In this document: positions 14,969 to 27,229 of the stretch, piece after piece | How the letters are laid out: the number at the start of each line of letters is the position of its first letter | Numbering within the stretch: position 1 is the stretch's first letter | Position numbers and translations under genes: made by a program | The notes under the pieces: generated by a model | Seen by the model: the letters and a program-made list of their open reading frames with translations, nothing else | Database searches by the model: none | Told to the model about the DNA's origin: nothing | Origin: Epiperipatus broadwayi | Taxonomy: Eukaryota; Animalia; Onychophora | Length of the DNA: 64,000 nucleotides | Assembly: GCA_028023455.1 (NCBI GenBank) | Contig: JAQFVV010000003.1 | Location: 18,228,001-18,292,000, forward strand | Direction of reading: 5' to 3'

Positions 14969-15059
14969 AGACATTGCTTTTTTTTTTTTTTGAAGGTTTG
15001 AGATATTTTGGCAATTCTCTAAATTTTCAGTATGCCAGATATGTTTTTGAGTAATTATA

Positions 15060-15760
15060 GATTTATATGTCGCCATCTACATGATAGAATGAATGAAGTA
15101 TTATTACTAAAAGTGGAAAATCTGAGGCATTTGAAATAAAAGCTAGTGTTAAACAATGAAACGTATTTTATCTAGCATTGGTTAATAGACAACTTAATGA
15201 AACAAGGATAAGGATATGATACAGATTTGATGGTGAAATTTTTAATATGAATCAGAAGTGAAAACAATTCTGGATTTATAGTATGCTGATAATTATTGCT
15301 GTTTTGATAGTTCAAAAAATTTGAACTTAAGGTTTTGAATGCAACATATACAAACTTTGGTTTAATAAATAATGTTTAAAAGACTAGCTTTTTATCAACC
15401 AGTGAATCTTGATAGTTGTAAAAATAAAAAAGTGAACTTAGGTATTGAGATGTAGCGCAGACTCCAGTATGATGCTGCTGCTTTTTAAACATTAAAAGAT
15501 ATGTTATGGCAAATAACGATTGCAACTAAATTAGTTGTATATAGTTATTTTTTTTAATTTATTGTATTGAAGTGAAGCTTGGAAGCCCATTGATACAATA
15601 TAAATGGCATTAAAAGAGTTTTATTTAAGGATGCACCATAAAATTTTAAAAATATGTTTTTCAATTTGCTAGATATGATATTATAGAATCCATCATTGTA
15701 AAATCAGATCTTCATCGGATTGCATATCTAAATTGAGGGAACAATAAAAAATTTACTGAA
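15060..15760 (+). mobile_element. Highly decayed RTE-like reverse transcriptase fragment
   Basis: SGKSEAFEIKASVKQ* (15112-15159) and ILDL*YADN (~15266-15292) resemble the RT GVKQG and YADD regions. Confidence 0.55.
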
Positions 15761-16639
15761 AGTGTTTTAAGGTGAACTTGGGTATGGTTTTCATGGGAGT
15801 GATAGACCCTATTTATTTTATAAGGATTATCTCAAAGACATTTTAAGAAAGTGAGTAATGGTTGTTTTCATTAGAAGATATAGCAGAGAAACAAATACAT
15901 TGGAAAGTTTTAATTAAACATAGGGATTGAAGTATTTCAGAAAGAAAAGTTTTCTGCAGAAGTTAAAAGAGCATTGCTAAATATCAAATAAGCAGAATAA
16001 GTGAGATCAGCATATTCTGTATGTGGATGTGATTTGTATAGTCATTGCAAAACTCGTCTCTAAAGTAGTGTTTTTAATCCTTTTTTTTATTGGAATTGGA
16101 ATGGTTATATTTATTTTCAAGTGGTTATTGCTGATATGTCAGATATGCACATGTCAAGAACCATTTGTGTAAAACTACTAAATGGAATGTTTAAATCCTT
16201 TAACCATAATTTTTATATGGTACTGACTTCTTTATTGATAGTCTCAAGTAAGCATTAGATAGTAATATAACCGAAAAAGTCTGGATAGATGCAAATCTAC
16301 CAGTAACTTCCATATGGAATTAATATTTTTGTCTTGCTTATTATGTCATCTTGAAAAAGAATGATTAAGAGATGTTACTACAACAAGTAATATACAAGGA
16401 GTAGAATGAAGTGTATCAAGTGAGAATGAAAGAAAATCTATTAGTTTCATATGAATGAAAGCTATTCAACCAGAAACTAATTGTGAGAGTTTGCTAGCAT
16501 GTGTTATCTAATTTCCTTTGATTATCCAATGTTTTCGTAAAAGAGATACACCTGATTATTTAATATCTATTATTCTTTCTAATAAGAATTGAATGTTCAT
16601 ATCTAATTTAATTATAAAAATACAACTTGCTTTTGTTGT

Positions 16640-17106
16640 ATTCCCAGGATTATTTACATTATTATTTGGGTTGCATCAATAAATTTGAAATAAAGAAACA
16701 TTAATGTGAATTAAATGAGTATTCACTCATAATAAAATAATGTATATAAATAAACAAAAATTAAAGCATTTAATCTTTTTAGAAAATTAGATGTATAATT
16801 GTAGACTTATTTTTAATTGATGTGTGTATAAATTCTTTAAATACAGCTTAGCAAATATTGTCCATTTATGTGTTTATTTTGACACAACCCACTTTGCTAG
16901 ATTAACTACAGTTTTACATCAATCCACTTTCTGCATTAATCCGAATATTGTAACATGTGTGATGCATGTGTGATATGTAAATTTTCTAGAGTATAATTAA
17001 TGAGGAGTATATTTCATATGTTGTGTGATTGTAATGTTAAATAAAATATCTTTATTTACAATCATTGTATATACATATCTGCACACATTGCATTATAAAT
17101 ATTACA
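16640..17106 (-). repeat. Putative 3' LTR
   Basis: Shares blocks with 23200-23655 (GGTTGCAT..AATAAATTTG.AATAAAGAAACATTAA; TGTAGACTTAT; TTTTCTAGAGTATAATTA). Begins TGTAATA on the minus strand, downstream of AGAGTGAGGGGAGGA. Confidence 0.6.
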
Positions 17107-17669
17107 GAAGAGTCCAATTCCTCCCCTCACTCTATAAAATGATCTTTTCAGTCACAAATATAATCTTGCAGTCTTTGTGAGATCATTGATAGTCTGTGAG
17201 TTGTCTTCCCCCAGCAAGGATATGAGTGTTGTGTTACTTCATCTCAAATCTTCTCTCCTCTTTTTGTTAAGATTGTTTTAAGAATGGGAGATCCATCACT
17301 GGTATAATTGCTGACTTGTTAGACTGATCATTAATTTCAGCTAAATCAGTTTCATTTGTCTGATTATTGTTTGATGACTTTATATCTTGCAATTCTAGTA
17401 ATGTCTCTGCACACTCATTTTCTTTTATTAGAGTACTCTCACTGTGATTTTCTACTGTTGTTTACTAGTTCTAAGGCTTACTGTGAAGAACTCTCTAATG
17501 ATAAATAAGTCTTGTTATTTGGTTTCCATTAACAACTGAATTAATCTTGTTTTGATATAACCTTTACAATCACTCCATGAAGCCACTTTTTTTTAGAATA
17601 TCTCATATCCATATGGTGTCACTAACATTAAATTTTTCACTGTTGAAATAGTCATTTGATCAAACTGTT

Positions 17670-18218
17670 ACTAGGCACTAACACTGAAATATGTGTTTGA
17701 AATTTTCATTGCATTGGCATTTCAGCTGACATCCTTTTAGTAGACGCACAAGAAATGAAATGCTGACAAAACCACATCTGTCAAAGCTTCACTGATATTT
17801 TTATAGGAGGTTTTATTAAATTAGTCTTTAATTGCTGTACTGCCTTTTTGGTTGGACCATTTGGCTCCGGCTGTTACAGTGATGTTAATATATGACATAT
17901 CTCTTTAGTACCAAAAAGTCTTTAAACTGCTTAGATACAAAACTAGGCACTAATGCTGAAATGTGTTTGAAACTTTCATTGCCTTAGCATTTCAGCCAGC
18001 ATCCTTTTAGTAGACATACAAGAAGTGAAATGCTGGCAAAACATCACGTCTATCAAAGCTTCACTGATATTTTTGTAAGATGTTTTATTTAAAATGGTCT
18101 TTAATTGCTGTACTATCTTTTTGGATGGGCCATTTGATTTGGGAGTGGGCCTGTGGTGTTAATATATGTTATATCTTCTTATTACCAAAAGTCTTTAAAC
18201 TGCATAAATACAAAACTA
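17670..18218. repeat. Tandem duplication, period 272 bp, inside the gypsy pol region
   Basis: ACTAGGCACTAA at 17670 and 17942, with co-linear diverged sequence following each. Confidence 0.85.
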
Positions 18219-19220
18219 GATCCATTATCAGACACAAGAGTTTCAAGCTATCTATGACATGAGAATATTTCATTTAAAGCTTTAATAGTACAGTCCACGC
18301 TGTGCTTTTAACAATCTTATTCTCTGTCCATTCAGAAAATGAATCAATAACTGTAACAAAATTGTAATCATTCAATGGTCCAGCATAAGTGCAGTCTTTG
18401 CCATGGTTATGTTGCTTTAACCAAGATTCTAGTTTTTTCGATGGCATCTTAGCAGTGGATTGACAATCTGTTTATATTTGGCTATCACATAAATGACTAT
18501 ACTAATTCCTTCATTCTCATTATTCCCAGATGTCTTTTATGAAGTAAAGCTAATGCTTGTTTTCTGTCTTCAATTGATATAAGCACATAGTCCATTCATA
18601 GGATACAACTGTTGCACATTGACAGGGTTTTGCATAAGTTCTATATAGGTTTGGATAGCCAACATTATAACTACTATGGTACTATTCACCCATTTTTTCA
18701 ATGGAGTCTATATAATTGACTTCTATAACTTTATACTCCAACTGACATGTATCTGGTAATCTTGATAGTGCATCTGCTGGTCAATTTCTTTACCAGATTT
18801 ATAAATAAGTTCAAAATCATATACTGCTAATGTTACTCCAGCAGATCATTCTTTGGCTATCATATTCAGGAGTTTTCATCATTTTTAGAATATCTGTCAA
18901 TTAACATTGATCTATATGAATTTTAAACATGACCATAAATGTACTGATGGAACTTTTTCATAGGCAAAAATTATCATCAGAGTTTCTTTGACAAGCTGGC
19001 TGCAGTTACTTTTGCAGCATTCAGTGCTCTTGAGGCATAAGCTATAGAACATTCTTCTTCAAAGTAATGTGATATTACGGTAGTTGACAAGCAATTAGTT
19101 AGAAATTAATAGGTCCTTAGCTCAGCTGTAAGCATTTTTATACTCTGCATTCTGTTTTTCATCACTGTTCTTTTCTTAAAAATTGGTATTATGGCCTATT
19201 AACATGTTTTTTTCCTATTA

Positions 19221-19290
19221 TTAAAATAGACAAAACTCTCCATACAGTAGTGCTACTTAGTGTAAGCCAGAGAATGGAGAGTTTTACATT
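19221..19290. mobile_element. Family B (TTAA-ended asymmetric palindrome), short copy
   Basis: TTAAAATAGACAAAACTCTCCATACAGTAGTGCTAC ... ATGGAGAGTTTT has the same termini as the copies at 30636 and 63829. Confidence 0.7.
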
Positions 19291-20639
19291 GGTGAAGGAA
19301 CCATATTGAATATTTAACAAATTATGTTAAGCCACAAATTTTATCATAACTTAAGTTTGTATTATTCAATAATGACTTAATATATATTGTTTGAAACATA
19401 AAATATCAAAGAATGTAATTAAGCTGAAAAAAAAAAGTCATTGATATTCAAAGTAATAAAAAAAAAGAATAAAAGGTAATATTTCTAATTATTATTTTCA
19501 TATTTCATAAATTCAAAATTATCATACATAAATGTCAAAAGTATAATTTTGTTAGTAGGTTTGTTGGATTCATCATTACATTTATAAAAAATGATATATA
19601 ATAACATTTACCTAAGATAATCCATTGCTTGAATACTTCTTAGAATAAAGATATTAGTACCTTTCATTTCTAGAAGTAGTCTTTCAAAATGTATTTCCAT
19701 ATAGAGGTTTGCACTGAATATGTCACCCTAACATCCCTTATAACAAGTAGTTAATATTGATCAATAATTTGTATAATTTGAATATTATAATAATTTATTC
19801 AAAATTACTACTAAAATAGTCACTATACAAAATAAAATAATAAAATAGAATAAAAAGTGAATGAAATACTAAATTCATTATAGAGTTAAGCTTGAAGTAC
19901 TTAAGTTAGTAGTTTGGAGTCAGTGGTATTTATCCTATCTTTATAGGTTTCGAGGGCTCATATTGCTTCATGCTACTATGACCATAAATTTAGTAATAGC
20001 TTCATCATCTGCTACCTCTCTTTGCATTTGATATGCAGCTTTGAAATTTACAGTGCAGGAGTGTATAATTGGCCTAAGTTTATATACTATCAAAATCTTT
20101 ATTTTTAGCATTTGAATATTTTTATTATTATTAAAATGCAGACAATACATTATAGGAAAATCTAAATTGGGTCATAATATTTGCAAAATATCTTTATCTT
20201 TGTCTCATATCACCTAATTCATATACAAGACCCAAGCCCATATCATACCAAAAAATGCAGATAATTCATGATATAAATTTACACAATCACAAGCTATTTT
20301 TTTATCAGTGTATATATTAGTTTTAATAATAATTTTTTCATATATTTTTTATCAAATATAAATTCAAATAATAATTACATTTTCAATTAATAATTTACAA
20401 ATATATAAAAATAAGTACTTACCATCGGTTGCCAATAATGTTCATTCTTCTAATTACATCAGTAAAAGCTTGTATTCTTTACCCATGTAATTTTCAGGGT
20501 GAATATTCTTCCGTTTACAATGAAAAAACTGAAAGACAAAAAAAATTCAATTTACTTGATCACAAAAATTATAAAATTTTTAATTTTTAGCATAGAAAAA
20601 TAAAATCTTTTCTGAAACTAGAAAGAAAGATGGAAACGA

Positions 20640-20757
20640 AGATGTAAAAAGCGCATGCATAGACTATGTAGATTTTCATTAATATCAAGCTGAAAATGGA
20701 TGTTTATAATTTGAAAATTCATGACCGCATTATGCGGGCGTAAGAACAAAGAGTTAA
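20640..20757 (-). mobile_element. Possible piggyBac-like terminus
   Basis: Minus strand TTAA|CTCTTTGTTCTTACGCCCGCATAATGCGG, CpG-rich with a small palindrome. No partner end found. Confidence 0.35.
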
Positions 20758-20806
20758 TAACAGTTATGAACAAGCATAAGAAATGGCGATCATGTGATGC
20801 TTATTT
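20754..20806 (+). repeat. Family B one-sided tail
   Basis: TTAATAACAGTTATGAACAAGCATAAGAAATGGCGATCATGTGATG is homologous to 31029-31075 (+) and to the reverse complement of 63785-63832. Confidence 0.75.
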
Positions 20807-21800
20807 CCTTTTATAAAACTCAAAAAAATTGAGGTCTAAAAATGATTGTAAATCTTTGGTGTTCATGGGTTTTTCAGCATTTTTTACAGCATTCACCTTT
20901 TTTTGAATTGGATACCATCCTTTGTGATTAATTACATGTCCCAAAAACTTAATTCAGTAGTAGTCCAAATGCATTTAGAGACAGTTAATCTCACATCAGT
21001 TTTATACAATTTAATACAAACTTTAAATATGCTTATTGATAATTCATCTTTTGTTTCCACAGTTATTAAAATATTGTCAAAATACAAAACAGCACCTTTC
21101 ATACTCTGAAACAAGTTATCCATTTTTGCTTGTAACAAGTTTGGTGCTATTGTTATTCCATAGAGTCATTCCACTAAATAACCCTAGGTGGATCATTTTT
21201 ATCCATTCTAGTCATGAAAGAAATGTGGACTTTAAATTGATTTTAGCAAAAAATGTTGCTTTCTGTAATGTTGCTATTATATCCTGCACATTGGTTTACT
21301 GGATAAGCTTCAATTATTGATATACTTATTGTTATGCGGTAATCGTCTCATCTGGCTTCAGTATAACCACAACTGGAGTGGTCCAAGATGATTTTTCTTT
21401 CAGAGTTTAAATGCTTCTTTTAATCAGATTGTAAGTTGTTTTTCTGCCTTTTGATCTTAACACAAATGGACCCTATGTATTTTACATGCAATTAGTTATA
21501 TACCTCTTTTACAAGTTCTATGCCAATCAGTTGTACTTTTAGCTTTGCTGGTCCTGACTTAAATAGCTGTTAGTGGTTAACTAGGACTCTACTTTTTAAA
21601 CTATTAATTTGATTTCCCAATTGTTTAAAACCAGTTTCTTCCCAAAGTAGCAATGAAGTTGTGCTTCATGATATAAAGGATAGAAGTCTTTCTGTGGACT
21701 TTATCTTAACAGGTACAGCTACTTTTCCATATATCTCTATCCTGTGACATTTTACTTCAATGGCTACTTCATCAGTTTTCTCAAGTGTAACATTCTTTTT

Positions 21801-21968
21801 ACACTTTCAAACTATTTTTATCCAATCACTCTGTGATATTAATGAGAATCCTCACCACCATCTCCATAGTAATTTTTGCTTATTTACACTTTCAAACTAT
21901 TTTTATCCAATCACTCTGATATTAATGAGAATCCTGTACCACTATCTCCATAGTAATTTTTGCTTATA
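21801..21968. repeat. 85-bp tandem duplication
   Basis: ACACTTTCAAACTATTTTTATCCAATCACTCTG starts at 21801 and 21886. Confidence 0.9.
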
Positions 21969-23199
21969 TATATACATCCATCTAAATATGATTGTTGCTC
22001 CATTTATTTATTTTTTAATATTTTTTTCTTTTATACTTCCTCCTCATGATTTAGAGCCCGAACATAAGCCAGTTTTATTATTTGTCTTTACTGCAACAAA
22101 CATGTGATAAAGGTCCAATTATGTCGCAAACGTCATTCTTGTTTTTAAATCCATAAGCATGAATTTTTTATTTTTAAACTTGCAGCTTTTCTTTACATAA
22201 CCTTTTTCTTCTTAGTTAAATATGCAGATCTTATTTAGACTTCAATATAGTTTGAAGTTTCAGCTTCTAATTTGTGTACCATCACTGGAAATGTTTGACA
22301 TATTTTTAATGTTTTGGAATTCTGGAGTGCTTTCCATAATTGCATGTTTATATGTCCACTTCAACTTGCTCAGAAGAACTTGCCTTACCTTATCATCAGT
22401 CATTCCCCATAACAGTTGATCAAGGAGCATATAATCCAGCTTGGCATTAAAGTTACACTCTTTAGCTAATGTTCTTAATGCTGGTTGTAATCATGATATT
22501 TCTCGTTTGTTCATAACTCTTATTTTTAAATCTTAAAGTGTCTCATCAATTTTGACCATATGGATTTAAAATACATATTCAACTTATCTTATAATTCTGA
22601 TACTTCTGGAGTTTTTGGTTGGCAGAGTCAGTTTGCCACTTGCAGGATTTTTTCCCTCAATAGCCACATAAGCATTGCTATCTTTAACTTGAACATTTAT
22701 TTTATTAATAAAATATAATGGAATCCATATACATCTTAACAGAAATAAAAATTCTCTAAAAATAAATAAAAACTAAAATTTCTTTGACAGTTTGATTTAT
22801 TCACCACTTTGTAATGTTTAAATATGATGCAATAAGGCTGAAGTCATCAAAATATTTGTTTACAAATTACAAAAGGAAATAAAAAATGTATCATAATGAT
22901 TAGAGCCACATTTGGCTTACCAGTTGTAGTTTGCTGATCCTGGGTCTATGCTATTCATCAACATATGTGTCTCAACACGTTTTATATAAAAGTGCCAATC
23001 TGTTGTATTATTTATATCAAATTCGCTTATAGAATTATTCTTTAATGCTATTTTTCACATAGATGTTTATCCACAGTTTTTTTTTTTAAACAACAGTAAT
23101 GAATGCGATTTCTTTTTCACTTTCTAACTTGATGCGTTGGTGTATTTCTTTATATATTCTATGGTCAACTGTCCCAATCTGCTTTTTTACATCTGCTGT

Positions 23200-23655
23200 A
23201 TTCCTGGGAAGGGATATTATTTACAAATATCACCAGGTTGCATAAATAAATTTGGAATAAAGAAACATTAACGCAAATAAAATTTAAACAAGAATTTATT
23301 TACTTGTAACAAAATAATATAATTAGATTAAAATTAAACCATTTAATCTTAAAGATCTCTAACTGTAGACTTATCTTCAATCAGTATGTGTGAATTCTTT
23401 ACATGCACGCTTACCAAAGATTGTCTGTGTGTGTAACATCTCTTTTTTTGCTTGCGCACACATACCTCTATTAGAGTAATTGCAATTTAATATCAGACCA
23501 GTTTTTGTATTAATCTGAACATTATTTTATTAAATCCTATGTCTGCTTATAATATGTAAATTTTCTAGAGTATAATTAGTGAGAGGTAAATTTGTGTGGA
23601 TATCTATTTATAATCAACTAAGTATATATACACACATATTGTTATAACTATTACA
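23200..23655 (-). repeat. Putative 5' LTR
   Basis: Direct-repeat partner of 16640-17106; begins TGTAATA on the minus strand. No primer-binding site recognised. Confidence 0.55.
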
Positions 23656-24265
23656 GACAGTCCATCTTCAATAGTAATGATGTATTACCACATCACAATA
23701 CATTTTAAGATAAGCATTAAGTCTGTCATTGACAAGGTGACAATACAATCAAAGCCCATGCAGATGAACTATGTGTCAGTTAGTTGTAGAAGTTTGAATA
23801 TATTATTATTCTATTCCAATTTCTTTCTACATAAATACGATAGAGAAAACAATGTTTACTAAACTTGACAAATAGTAAGAATTTGGGCAATTTTGATTTC
23901 AAAGTTTTGCAATTAAATTTTCTAGAAATATCCTTTATCATTCGTTTTGAGTTATCCCTAAAATCACGTCATTTCCAAAAAAAAAAAAAACGTAATTATT
24001 TGACATTAAAACTAATTGGTTGAAAAAAGTAAAGATATAGATTTGAACATTGATTTTCTATTATGTATCGTTTTATCTTATTTGTTTCCTTGATTATTTG
24101 TGGTAGATAAGTTTATTTTTATCAAATCACAATTAATTGTTTCAGTTGCCATAATTTCACATGATTTAATAATCTGCAATAATTTTATTTCTTTATTATT
24201 TAAAATGTAGTGGAAGTATAAGAAATATTGTTTCATAAATTATTTTCCTGAATCTTGATTATCAA

Positions 24266-24337
24266 ATGGCATACTTACAAGGGGATGACGATGGCTTTTC
24301 AGTCATCAGAATATGCTACAGTATGTGTCTTCCGCAG
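24266..24337 (+). CDS. TBC1D25: Candidate first coding exon of TBC1D25 (MAYLQGDDDGFSVIRICYSMCLPQ)
   Basis: ATG at 24266, 24 open codons, CAG|GTAATT donor in phase 0, 223 nt upstream of the phase-0 exon 24561. It does not match the VRVKVK-type segment I recall preceding KCE in orthologs, so the true first exon may be elsewhere. Confidence 0.4.
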
Positions 24338-24560
24338 GTAATTTATTAACCATTTCTGCTTTATTCATAATTTTTATATTTATACATTCTTCTGCATGAT
24401 GGGTGTATATCTGTTATTGCATAAAATATATATATATACAACAAAAATAGTTCATCTATTGGTATTCTTCATTAAACTTGATATAGTGATTATAATTTTA
24501 TAAATTTATATATATGTTTACAGACACATTGATTCATTGTGACTTTTTCTCTTTCTTTAG

Positions 24561-24670
24561 AAATGTGAGGGGTTGTTACAACCAGAATATCGCAAGTTTA
24601 GTGTGGATCCTCAAATAACATCATTTGAAGTTTTGCAGAGTTTGCTTGCAAGAGCCTTCGATATCAAAGG
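24561..24670 (+). CDS. TBC1D25: TBC1D25 coding exon (KCEGLLQPEYRKFSVDPQITSFEVLQSLLARAFDIKG)
   Basis: Polypyrimidine acceptor (ttttctctttctttAG) and GTTAGT donor. The peptide matches the conserved TBC1D25 N-terminal KCE...F(S/A)VDPQITS motif. Confidence 0.93.
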
Positions 24671-24931
24671 GTTAGTATAATTTATTGTTAGAATAATTAT
24701 ATCTAATATTAATACATATTTATATCATTGACCATTTTCAGTATAGATTATCAACAACTCAATATAAATTCCTAAAATTTTTATTAAATAAATATAACAT
24801 TTGCATTTTTATATTGGACTATTTCCATTATTCTAATATGAGTATTGAATGTCTTTAGAAAAATTTTAACTTTATTTAAATATTCCAAATACGTTCAACT
24901 GTTACTAATAGCACATCAAACAGGTTAGTAT

Positions 24932-24975
24932 ATGCATGTTTCAAGAGGTATTATTCTCCCCTCTTCTTTAGATAT
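24932..24975 (-). ncRNA. Minimal type-I hammerhead relic (family A; G5>A)
   Basis: Minus strand: CTAAAGA A GAGGGG agaataata CCTCTT GAAAC. Confidence 0.65.
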
Positions 24976-25361
24976 TTTTGGCCTAACCAGTGTCAGGGAT
25001 TCGAATTTGGATCCTTAGAGTCTTGAGTATTGAATTTTAAGTTAATACTCTAACCAACTGAGCCATCCTGCCAAAGGTAACAATCAGTAGAATTCTCATA
25101 TACTCATTTATGAGGTTCCTCCTAATTTTTCCCATAAGCCAACCTAGTGTGACTATACATAATGTATGGAAACCATTAATCAACTTTACTCTTAGGAAAA
25201 AGTGGAGAAATCAGGAGGAACCTCATAGATAAGTATATGATATTTGTTGCCTTTGGCAGGATGACTCAATTGGGTAGAATGTTACCTTAAAATTCAATAC
25301 TCAAGAATCTAAGGATCCAAGTTCGAATCCCATGCTAATAATGTCACTGGTCAGGCCAGTA

Positions 25362-25400
25362 ACATCTGAAGAAATGGAGTGAATAATACTTCTTAAAACA
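25362..25400 (+). ncRNA. Hammerhead relic (family A; G12>A, stem II eroded)
   Basis: ACAT CTGAAGA AATGGAGTGAATAATACTTCTT AAAAC. Confidence 0.55.
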
Positions 25401-26699
25401 TACTAACCTGTGTGTATAGTCCAATATAAATATGCAACTAAAACACTATCATCACAAACCTTCAGAAAAACACCAAATATTACATTTATTTAGATTTATT
25501 AAATTTGATAAACTGTTGTTACATGGTATCAAGAAATTCATCACACATATATGGAGACGGATACTGATCACATCATATTCAGCATTTGATCTTTGAAACT
25601 TCTTATTTCCATTGAATTTAAAGTAAATTCCAATGGACAAAAGTAATTAATAACTCTGGTCATCCATCATTAGCAGTCACGTATAAATAATTAAAGTGAA
25701 ATGTAGTTGTGCAAATATGTTTCATAGTGTCAATTTGTGCAGAGAAATGACAATGGCAGGAGAGTTTCACTATAATAGGATTCTAGATCACCATAAGTAA
25801 TTGAAGACAGTAAAGTAAAAAAAAAGAATATGTTGTGAACACCTCCACACACACATTATTCTATAACTGAGCATTAATGCATTAAACAATTTATGGGGGG
25901 GGGGGGTAGTACAATTTATTCTCTCATCTAACTAATTTTTTAAAAATGAAAAAGAAAAACATTATAGTTATAAAGAATTATTCATTGAATATCATTGTTT
26001 TTTACCTATTTTTTGAATGTTATTTAAAGATTTCACAAATGCTTATTATTTTAATTTGTACAATCCTAAATGCTAATCAAGTACATATATATTTATTTCA
26101 CACTGACTCATTACTTAAGATATAAAAGTTCTTCATTAGGACCTTAACCTTGACAATGATGACCATTATGTTTCGTCAAAACATTGGAAATTAAAACAAA
26201 ATAATATGTGGTACAGCCCACATAAGACTATTTTCATCATATCACTGTGAAAATATTAAATGTATTTTAAAAATTATATAATAATTTAATTTGATACTGA
26301 TAATATTATTTACTCAAATTTTTTGTTTCAATATCTAATATCTTTATAATTAATTTTATAATGCAAACAAATTTTCTTCTTGCATTAATAAAAATGCAAT
26401 ATATCGATAATGCTTATTAAAATAGATTTGATAGTTGTCTTATAGTTGATATGTAATCTTTTAGATTAATGTGTCAGTGAACTATTTTGATAAGATTCAT
26501 ATCTATTGTAATTTTCCTAAATTTTATGAAAAATTATTTATGTTAAATATATATACATTGCAATGGAATTGATAGCTTATATTTATTTATATAAGAAATC
26601 TATTGAGTTGAATAGGATACTGACTAATTTATGCATTAATTTGGACTGCTATATATAACAGAATACTTTATCTTGTTTATATATATATATGCATAAAAG

Positions 26700-27229
26700 C
26701 AGGGCCTTTCAGAGAAAATGCGAGGCATGGGGCAACTAATATTTTAGAGGTCTTTCAAAATATAAAATAAGAACGTGTAGAGAGAGAGAATAAACTAGAT
26801 TTTTTATTTACAGGGCCAAAAACGATTTGCAGAAATAGGCAAGCAAATCAGATCTAGATAACACTTGGATAGGGTAGATTCATTCTAGTACTGTTGGTAT
26901 CATAAAACACTGTTAACACAGAACTGGCTGAGACTATTGTTCTGCCAGTTGTTGAGTTGCTGCAGTCGCTTTCGTCGCAGAGTCATCAAATTGGCACCTC
27001 ATCCCTAACCTGGCTGTTTTTGACTCATAGTATTCCTGCTTGGAAAAGTTCTTATGGAATATTTTTGGGGGGAATTTTAACTGTAAAATTATGGCCGTTC
27101 TACAAGCCGTGATATTGCTTTGCCTCCTCCTATATTTTTTTTTAACATATTAAGTTGCCAAGTTGAGGCCTCTAATACTGCAATACCTGGGGCAGCTGCC
27201 CCTCTTGTTCGGCCTTCTGATTGGTCCTG
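26700..27229. mobile_element. hAT-type MITE
   Basis: TIRs CAGGGCC / GGTCCTG and an 8-bp TSD CATAAAAG (26692-26699) / CATATAAG (27230-27237) with one mismatch. Confidence 0.75.

Larger units (their letters stand above)
16640..23655 (-). mobile_element. Decayed Ty3/gypsy LTR retrotransposon interrupted by nested insertions
   Basis: Minus-strand gag (ISEFDINNTTDWHFYIKRVE, ~22980-23030), RT (VLYFDNILI ~21062-21090; FLGHVINHKG ~20915-20945) and RNase H (IAYASRALNAA ~19010-19045). A purine tract precedes 17106. Diverged direct repeats at ~16640-17106 and ~23200-23655. Confidence 0.8.
24800..25481. mobile_element. Family A: head-to-head pair of tRNA-headed, HHR-bearing SINE-like units (longest copy)
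   Basis: Inverted arms of ~330 nt. A box TGGCTCAGTTGG (25054-25065, -) and B boxes (24996-25007, -; 25321-25331, +). An HHR motif lies in each arm. A ~45-nt tail (CTAAAACACTATCATCACAAACCTTCAG...) is on the right arm only. Confidence 0.85.

Noticed and set aside
26155-26200. Solo hammerhead relic (ATGATGAC...GTC AAAAC ATTGG)
   Set aside because: Both core segments are mutated and the stems are weak, so it is too degenerate to call.
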